A DNA stretch of 64,000 nt from Kudoa neothunni (lineage: Eukaryota; Animalia; Cnidaria): positions 717,284 through 781,283 of the forward strand of contig OZ199840.1 in assembly GCA_964304625.1 (NCBI GenBank), written 5' to 3'. Each line of letters begins with the position of its first letter. Positions within the stretch are counted from its first letter, which is position 1. The position numbers and the translations under genes are program-made. The notes under the pieces were generated by a model, which worked only from the letters and a program-made list of their open reading frames with translations, had not been told where the DNA came from and searched no databases. Below, piece by piece: positions 54,315-64,000 of this stretch.

Positions 54315-57300
54315 TATAATCAATATCATTATGAGAAAGTAAGGAATTTTCTGGCTGATTACATCAATCACCGGATTAAAAATTACCTATAAAGTATTTA
54401 ATGTTTGATTACTTTAGTGATACTCATTTAGAATGAACCTTTACTCACTGCATAGAAACAGCACCTGATAATTATGATATATGTGTTGGAAATGTTACGT
54501 ATGCCTTATGTCTGTTGGGAATAATATTAAAACAGATAATGCCACTAGATCGATATTTACAAGAGATGTAGCATTTCGATTAATGTTTATGGCGTAACCA
54601 AATTATCTAGGATATATTTTCATTTTTAAATCGTTATTGATATAGTTAAGCAAAATGACTTAAGATCATCTTAAACATAACACATAATTTGAGATTTCAA
54701 ATTGTGGCCACGTTGGAATAATTTGAGTCTCTATCCGCATTCTAAATACGATGTAAGATATATATATTTTTCAAATAATTAAATTTTTGTGAATGTTTTT
54801 TATCAAATATATTGATTAAGATTGAAACTATATTCGGTTTTCGATAAGTTTTTACTCATTTTTTGGTTTTCCTAGACTTTCTTGTAAAACAGGTGGCATC
54901 ACTTATTCCATAAATTTCTATATTTGATGAGATAATTTTTTAACTAGTGTTTTAATTCTTTTAACCTAATTATTCCTTACCCCCAGACTTTGAGGTTAAT
55001 ATTCAAATCAATATATAATTTTCTTTTCGCTAAAAATAATTCATCATGATATAAAAGTAGCATGAAAATATGCGACACCGCATTCTATACATAGTTTAAG
55101 CATTTATATTCACGATTACTTTTGCATAAAATACAGTCCCTTCTCAATCTCAACACGTGCCACATAAGTTAATAAAAAATTATTGGTCTATTCGATTTAA
55201 CCGATATTTTCACAATGTTTTCGTTAATATAAGAATGGTTCAATAAAAAGAAACTTTTTTTGAGCAATCAAATAGTATGTTTATTAGTAAAGGGATACAC
55301 TACTACGAGAAAGTTAGTTGATACTTAAGTATTTTAGCATTATTGTAATTTTTCAAATCAAAAACATCTTTACATTTTAGATTTAATCGTATTTTGATAA
55401 TTAAATTTGTATATTTTTTAACCAATAAGTATTTTTGTTAAAATGAAAGGTTTTATTTATTTAAAAATCAGTAAAATTTTTATAATATTGAATACGTAAG
55501 TTATCATTCACAGCGTTTTAAAACATCATTAACCTCTTTTATAAAATTGAAAAAATTGAAAAAAAGGAGTAACAATTAATATTTTTATTACTGAAGCCTT
55601 TTAGATCGATTTTATTTTTTTTATCGTTTGTAAACTAATAATACATTTAATAACCAGAAGGATTAATGTTTATCGCAAAATTTTTAAAAGAACTGAAGGT
55701 ACTATTTAGGTTGTTTAATGCTTTTTTTAATAAATAAATAAATGAACTTTAATCGTTAATTATATCGCTTATTAAATTAAGGTGGTTATATTCTTGGACA
55801 TTAATTTGTAAAATAAACTCAAAAATACTCATTAATTTCCTTAAATACCTCTACTTATATATGAATGGAAAGTGTGTGCATATTTTTGTTTATCTAAATA
55901 ATCATATTTCAAAAATAATGACAAGTTTTAAAATGCATCAATGAAAATAGAAAAATAAAATTTTTTGGGTATAACGTGCCAATTAAATTAACATTAACGT
56001 AGAATTTCTCCATTCAAAAATAAAACTTAAAGTTCAAATTTTCCATCGCATAATACTAAGCAAAGCTAGGCATTAGTGCAGGTTGTTTAATAATTCGATT
56101 ATATATATATATATATCATTGTTTTCCAAAGTGAGCTGTTTTCACCTAGATAAAAAAATTTTAATTAGGTGTTGGGCTTGTTTTTTTAAAGAATATTGAG
56201 AAAATGATTGTCAGTTTGATAACATTTTTCTCGTTTTTCCATAATGTATATAGTCGATGACAGGTGATGAAACTTTCTAAAATATGTAAAAATTAGAAAT
56301 TATAAATACAATGAACTATTGAATTTTAACTCAAAATACACATTAGAGTAAATACATTAAATGAAAAAAATATTGGTCATCTAATAATTAAATTTTTGTG
56401 TTTCCCTTATTTTTATAGATTGATGCGTGATTCGAAACTTTTCGGGTGAGGGAACGTCTATACTTTCTTTTATAAACTATTGACTGAAAATGAAAATACA
56501 AAAAATGTTGGATTGATTTCGGAAAACTATAAAATAATCAATTATTTTGGCAGTCGATCAAAAGCAGTGATAAAAACAAGAACCACAAAACATTTTAATG
56601 CATCATCCTTATCTATGTTATTTAGTTTAAAATGGAAAGGATGATATAATTGGCGCAGTTTGGTCTAAGAAAATACGACATACTTTAGTTTAAAAACAAT
56701 AGAGGAATGATTTTTTGTTTTTAGACAAAGCCAGCTGTCATGTAAAATTGGAATATTCGAATATTAAACTAATTTTTCTTCCAAAAAACACTCCGAATGC
56801 TCTCCGACCAGTAGATCATAGCATAATATACTGGTCTAAATTCCATTACAAAGTATACACGAAAAGACGCCGCATTTCTTTCATCAAATATTCGATGGAA
56901 ACTATACTTCCAAATATTTTGAATGCACTTTTTTGATTGCAAATTCTTGGGATTCGACGATTGAATCAACTGTTTTTAATTTTCATTGCTGCGAAATCTA
57001 ATCGAACAATATATTTCTACTAATACCGACGATTTAGATAAAACGACTATTAAAATTTATAATAAAAATTTTCTGATGAGATAAATGGAATGAATAATGA
57101 TGAAAAAATATCGAACTGCATGGATATCGGGAATGAAAATCATTCTGATGAACATGAATAATCATAAAAGTTGGTGAATATTCTGACTATGCTACCGAAA
57201 CTGAAATCAAAATGAATATTTATTAGTTCAAATAAAAAAAATAATTGTATTAATTTCTAAAAATTCCCTATTTTACTTTGGAAAAATTAAGCAATACCTT

Positions 57301-58505
57301 ATCGAACATGGTTCGAAAAATAAATTTTATTAATTATCAACTCCTACCTTTTGTGATTTGGAACCAAGGATCGCGCACATTTACAACGAGTTACGAACGA
57401 TCCGTCCGTCATCCATTGTACAATCATATTTTCCCATTAGAATTTTTTATTCGGATCTTTAGTAGAAATAACATAAATAGGCAATTATTTTGGCGAAACT
57501 TGAAGAGATCGGCGTTGAGAATATCTGTCAACCCACTCAGAGTCATTTTAATCTAGAATTTATTATGGAATAGTATAAGGAAGGGGCTGTTGACACGGGT
57601 CATAATATCTAGGCAGGTGTAGGTTTGACCTCATTTAATTGTTCTGGCCCTTAGAAGCAGTAGCGATGGGCCAAAAAATTAAATAAAGCAGATTATAAAA
57701 AATTAAAATTAATAAACTACACATACGAGTTAATGTGATTAAAAAGGGGAACTATACATGCGTAATTTCCATTTTGGATTAAAAACTCCCGTGTCATAAC
57801 CAATGCCATAGTATAATCAACTATTAGTCATCGAATTAATAAGGTATATTTTTCTATTTATTTTACTTAGTTATTAAGGTTAATATGAATGGCGAAAAAA
57901 TTGTTTCGAAGTGTTATAAATTTTGGCGATCATTTATACGTTAACAATTTTTTTAAATTTATTTATTTTTGACGTTATTAATCTCAAAGTGATTTTTAGA
58001 TTGCACTATATATTAATGATTAAAAATAAATTATTATTTATCAAAGTAATTATAGACTTATATGGGATATTATTTTTTCGCCTTTTAAATTAGTCATGTT
58101 TACTGTATCCATAAATTTTCCTTTTGTTATTTATCATAATAATTAAAAAAATAATTTAAAATTATGTAACTGTATGTTTGTTTTTAAACTTGTTTAAATA
58201 CGAATGGTTGCAAATTGTTATGTTGATACTTATTACTTACTTAGATTGATATTATTGATAACAAAATCATCAATTTTTTTATTAAATCTCATAATTTTTG
58301 TTGAAAATCAACATAATTTTTAAAATATAAACAAATAATATAAATACTTTTAATGAATAAATAATTATATCATAATTTTTTGTTATAAATTTATATTTAT
58401 AATAATTAATATGTAATAGATCAAATTCTAAAATAAGATTTTTTAAATTAAATAAATATCAAATAAAAAACCAAAATTCTAAATATTTTCTTCATCGATA
58501 TGAGT

Positions 58506-61492
58506 TTAAATTCTATTCTTCCAGTATCCAAAATAAAATCCAGCTCCAATAACAACAAAAGCTATCGGAACTACTGTAGCAATAATTCTAAAGATAAAAA
58601 TTAAACAAGACATCATTACTCATTATACATTGTATTTGTTGATCTAAACAAATTAAAAATTAGTACTAACACATTTTATTTACGTGGATTTGTTGGAGGT
58701 TTCACCTATTATATAATTTAATAAGTCGGTAAAAATAATCTACTATTACCTTTATTTATTTTTTCTCTTACAAATGTATTAATATCTTCACTATGGAATA
58801 ATTCCAACAGATAATTTCTTGTGTCATCGACATCGGAAATAGCGAATTCCCTGCAGGGAGGAAATACATCACAACCTTCACCGATTACCATGCATTTCTT
58901 AACAATTTGGTTGGACGAATCGTCTAAATTGGTCAATTTCCATTTACACAAAGAATTTTGGTCCACATCTTTTGGTAAAGTCGTTTTCACATTTATGGTT
59001 GTATCTTCACGGGTGATTACAACCGTTATTTTTTTTGTAGGGACTACAGTTGGAGTTGCCAATGGATCTGGAATAAAATGTAAAATTATTAATTAAAAAT
59101 ATATTTATGTTTATAAATTCGTTAATTTTTACATAATTATATTTTGGAGGTTAATATACAATAAATTATACTTTTGGGTATGTCTATTGTAGTTTCAGTA
59201 GATCTTCCAACAGCTGTGACTATAACTTTGTACTCTTTGTCTGCCTCGTACCCTTCACTAAATATGATACTACTACATGAGGGTGGTGCTTCACAAGGTA
59301 GGATTGTAGGTTTTGTTGTCGGTGTTACTCTCGTTGATGGTTGACCTTTTGTTCTAGCAACTCCTGATTGTGAAAGAGTTGATTTCATATCAGAATTGGC
59401 AGTATTTCCTGTCAATTGTGGTGTTGGGCATTCATACAACATGTCATACGTTTCGCCTTTCTTTACTTTTACTTTGTAATGGCATACAGCTTCGGCATAA
59501 GGTGAAGACAACGTGCCTACCACTTTAAAACCTTTTTCCAAAAATTGATTTTCTAGTTTGAGAGTTGACATTCCTTAACAATCATAATTTAAAGTTAGGT
59601 GAAACATGGGAAATTTAATACCTGTTCTTATTCGATGGACTTTGGATCCGTAATCTTTGTGTGCGACAACCTTTAGATCGTATTCTGTTCCGGGATTAAG
59701 TCCCACAATATTTTGAGGTTCTCTGCAGTATCCTCTGCATGGATAACTATCCACGCACATTGCACAAACATATACATCCTTTCCGCGGAGGCTGATATAG
59801 TAAGCACATGTGATATCTTTGTTGGCATCCTCTGAGGTTAATTCGAGTGCTTTAATAGAAAGATGGGTATCCCCTATGGTTGTTATTGCATTGGGGAAAT
59901 CTTTTTCGGCGGTTTTATCTATATATTATGTATATATTATATATATATATATTACTGGATTTTTAAAATACTTGTTCTGAAGAATATATGTTCTTTAAAA
60001 TTTTCTGGAACACCATGGCTACCAGCTGCTGAAGCTGCTTTAATTACGAGAATATAAGGCTTCCCACCGGAAAGTTTGGATACAGCTAACGCCGATGTAC
60101 AGCCCGTGTCACAGTTGTTTGTACCTTCTCCACAATTAGCCCCTGTACCTTCCCCACCAACCAAAGAAGGTTTATCGGCAGAATAATAACTTACAGTACA
60201 CGAAGAAAATTGTGGGGTAGTAGATGGTTTGAATAAGCGTGTATCTAGTGTAACACCGGTGGATGTGTACGCTGATAGTAATTCATTATAAGTACCATCA
60301 TTCTTTTTATCGTTAATAACTAAATACATATTATTTGAAATATAAATATAAATTTTTTAAAAACCGAATTTCTTTTGTAAATATCCGAAATATGTAGCTT
60401 GACTTTTTTTTATTTGAAAATGTCTGGTTTGTACCAATATTTCGACAACTGCTTTTGACGTTTCGAAAGTAAGCTCCACATTATCACATGGTGCGTAGCA
60501 ATCTTTTTCTGTACTCCCACAATTTGATTTATAATCTTTCTTATCTGCATTTTCAATTTTAATGGATTCTTCCTTTATACCAAATCGACAGGTTTCAAAC
60601 GGAAATTTATTAGTAAATTTTAATAAGTATTTAGTTTTATCGTCTCTATTGTATTTCACATAATATTGTGGTATATAAACATCGGTGTTCATCAATGTAT
60701 AGTTATTTTGCAACTTATAAAAGTAGCTTGGATATCCCACGCATTTCATTTCATAATGTGGGATCATCAAATCAAAATCTACTTCACTATCAATTGCTGA
60801 ATCACAATCGGATCCAGCGGTTCCTTCGGCGTATTTTACATCTTTATAGAAAATGGGACAATCAACCTTATTGCATGTTTTCGTGCTCATTTTCAGTTTA
60901 TCTCCATTTGTTGTTATTGTAACTTTTGGATTTACCAACAAACCTAGACAAATATATTACATACTAATATACTCATTAATTACGAATCTCTAGCCCAAAA
61001 ATTGTCTTGGCTTTAGTTTGTTGAGATGCATCTTGAGCCTGACTTGCCATAAACACTTCAATATATTTTGTCCATGGGGAGAGTTTATCATAACTGAGTT
61101 GATTATCTTGTTTTTTGCAGGTGATGACACACTTGCCATTGACTTGTGCAGCGCCAATTTCTGGACACTGATTAATTTCTTGATAAATATTTCCGTCATC
61201 GTTGGACTTTTTAATATAACAATATTTCGTATCTGTAAACTCCCCTCCATTGAATATTAAATGTACTTTCATTTTGCCTCCAACTTCAACAATTTTATAT
61301 GAGAGGGATTCTGGTTCGGCTTCTGGAGTTCCAGGTGGTGGTTGTTGAGGTTGTACTGGGTCTGGTTTTACGGACTGCGCTTCATCTTGTAAAGTGGTTT
61401 TCGCTATATTGGATTTTAATGTTTGATTAATAGTAGATATAATTACAAATAATTGTTAAAAATATTCCTAATAAAAAGAAAAATCCTTTCAT
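58506..61492 (-). CDS. Type-I membrane protein: signal peptide, ~7 Cys-rich FN3-like domains, TM, 4-residue tail (~840 aa, 10 exons)
   Basis: ATG at 61492, MKGFFFLLGIFLTIIS. FN3 'tyrosine-corner' motifs LSPWTKY, LSGGKPYILVIKA, GLNPGTEYDLKVVA, YEADKEYKVIVTA and VDDTRNYLLEL. Phase-1 introns separate the domains. Micro-exons of 22 nt and 15 nt at ~58684-58705 and ~58629-58643 keep frame into the TM exon; stop at 58506. Confidence 0.85.
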
Positions 61493-64000
61493 TTTGATTT
61501 GAATAATCAAAAACGGATAATACCGTTATATTAGTAAAGAACAATATAATGAATATATAGACATTTAATAATTCTTTCGTACCTATTAATAGTATAATTC
61601 TACGAAATTGTTATCCTACGAATACATTTCCTATTAAAGTCAAATAAATATCGTTTATCAACAACTATTAACACAAAAAAGAATTTATCGGTATTAATTC
61701 AAAGCTTAAATTATAAATGCCATTAATTTGAAAATTATCGCCCGAATTTAATTTTATATAAATTAGAAATCTCTACAAAGTATATAATAAATCAATTATT
61801 CTATTTTCAAATATTACTCTAACGTATTATAAAAAATCCTAACCTATTCCTCATTATTTTTTTTGTACTTTAATTATTTCACAATTTATTATAATTTATA
61901 TATCAAATAATTCCGATTTAGTTATACATACGCTTCGTACAAAATTATTAATTTTGATGTCAAAAAAGTTTTTGTCTATTCATATTTTTATCATTTTCAT
62001 TAATTCCTCCTATTTTATGTTATTTTTATATTCATTGTTCATAGTTATAATTTATAAACTTTGTTTATATGTTCTTCGAAAAATTAAAAAAAAACTTTTT
62101 TTGCTCAGTTATTAAAGAAAATCTTTACACTTCATCCCTCATTTGAGCCAATTACATCTCATGTTATTATTATTTTGCTTAAAGCTTTACTAGATCACGG
62201 AAGTTTTATAAATGAGGACGTTATTTACCCCCATACGCATGATGGGAATAATTTTGATGGTCGCCTGATTTAATGTGTGATTCTTGTAAATATAGCATAC
62301 GGAATTAATTAAGTCGATCATTAATAAATTTCCAAGATTCATTATTTACAATAAATAATTATAATTTGTCTTTATAGACACTTTAAACCTGATAACATTA
62401 AAATCACATAACCCATTATTTTTTTAAACTTCAAATAATGTGTAAACAATTTTTAGTGTACTTTAAAAATGAGGAATAATTATAATAGGAAAATTCTAAA
62501 TAATAATATATACTTAAAAAAGAAAATATTATTTTATTTCTCAAACATTTGTCATAGAGTCTAAATCAGTAGAAATATGCTTCTTTTAGAAATAGAAGAA
62601 TTTACAGATAATTATTTTAAATAATTATAAATTTTATATGTAATCAACGTGGGTGATTCGTAGTTCGTTGTGTAGTGTAGTTTGTAATTTGAGAAAATGT
62701 CAAAAATTTAACTTACACATAATATTATAATAAATTATGTAATTTTAATCTATTTTAAACGATATTTTACCATTAAGAAAATAACTTATTAATGTCGAAA
62801 ATGCTTAATTATGTTTTTAAGGATTATTTTTTAGTGAAGTGTAGTTCGTAAATGTTCTTACGGGTTGAAATTTTTGATTTCGATTAACGTCAGAATGTGA
62901 AAAGAGAAAATATTGAGTCAATAATTTAGAAGAGAAATATGAAATAATAATGTTTTTCCAATAACAAGCGAAGGCGTGGAACGGAAACAATATTGAAAAA
63001 TACGATTAGATAATTGATTTTGAAAGTGGTAGTAACTGTAACAAAGACCAAAATTTTCATACGTTCGATCACTGAGAAAGAAAAATTATTCCATTCAAAA
63101 TTACCTCTCTCTCATTTGTCTGATTAGGACATTACTTGAAATATCATAATTTTCATAGTTATTAACATCAAACGGATATTGAACGAGAATTACACACTAT
63201 AATTGTCAGAAAACTTAAGAATATAACTATAACTAAATAATTTACCTCTAAGTAACATATTATAATTGATTTAAAGCAGGGTTCGTCAACGACAAGCCCA
63301 GGGAAGGGAGTCCACTTTAAAGTTCAGTTGTTTTTATTATTAGACATACCTTGTATTATTTATCTTATTTTCATAATCGATCTCCTCGACTCACAAAGAC
63401 GATTGATTGCAATATAAACGAACTTAATTAAATATTATTTCCTCTTTTACTAAATGTAAATGTGTAAAAAACAAAATAAAGCTCAAAAAATCCCCCTAAT
63501 TAGATTTCTTTCACATTTTAACTTATTAAACGGTACTTTTCTCATTGTGACGAATGGAAACGTATAATTATTGTTTTTAAAGATTTTGAACTATCATCTG
63601 GGTGTCTGAAATATTAAGTCCAATATAAATAAAATACATGACAGAATAACTGTAAAAAACAACATATTTTTATGAAAATATATAAAACGCCCGTTATTAT
63701 TTTCTAGCGATATCATCAAAATGTATTCTAATAAACTCAAAAACATATTTATCAAGCTGATTTTCAATTGTATTGTGTTAAATGCAATATATCTAAATGA
63801 CTAAGATATATTCTGACCCGCCTTATATTATAACAGGACTATCCGGCCCTGTTTAAAAACATTTTATCGGAAACATTTAATAAAACGGCGATCGTCCATA
63901 CTGAATTGGGATTGGATATGAACTTGTAAATCTGTTGGAAACAAAATTTTTTCTTTTGGAGTCTTAGAATTAAATAATCGTTTAAATACCCGTTTAGTGC

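Larger units (their letters stand above)
41930..64000. repeat. Segmental duplication unit B (runs off the window)
   Basis: See unit A; same order and orientation. Confidence 0.95.

Overview
AT-rich eukaryotic DNA, apparently metazoan, with many very short GT-AG introns (about 30-55 nt) and abundant decayed transposons. This gene structure fits a compact-intron parasite such as a myxozoan or orthonectid, but that is inference only. The left part (1-24.5 kb) holds a 5'-partial adhesion-GPCR-like gene (MANSC-HRM-GAIN/GPS) that ends in a single TM helix instead of a 7TM bundle, a phosphatidylserine synthase gene, tRNA-Val(TAC), and several pogo/Tigger, hAT and piggyBac-like remnants. The right part (about 24.55 kb to the end) is a head-to-tail duplication: unit A about 24550-41930 and unit B about 41930 to beyond 64000. 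Each unit carries a spliced gene, not recognisable from the ORF track, for a secreted Cys-rich plus mucin protein. Unit B also has an intact 10-exon Cys-rich FN3-like type-I membrane protein; unit A keeps only its TM exon. The units are nearly identical over kilobases of non-coding DNA, yet about 22% of residues differ in the secreted domain, the mucin repeat length differs about 7-fold, and each unit has private TE insertions. The best candidate for a new system is this tandem array of variant surface/secreted-protein cassettes. All gene models were spliced by hand, so boundaries are approximate.
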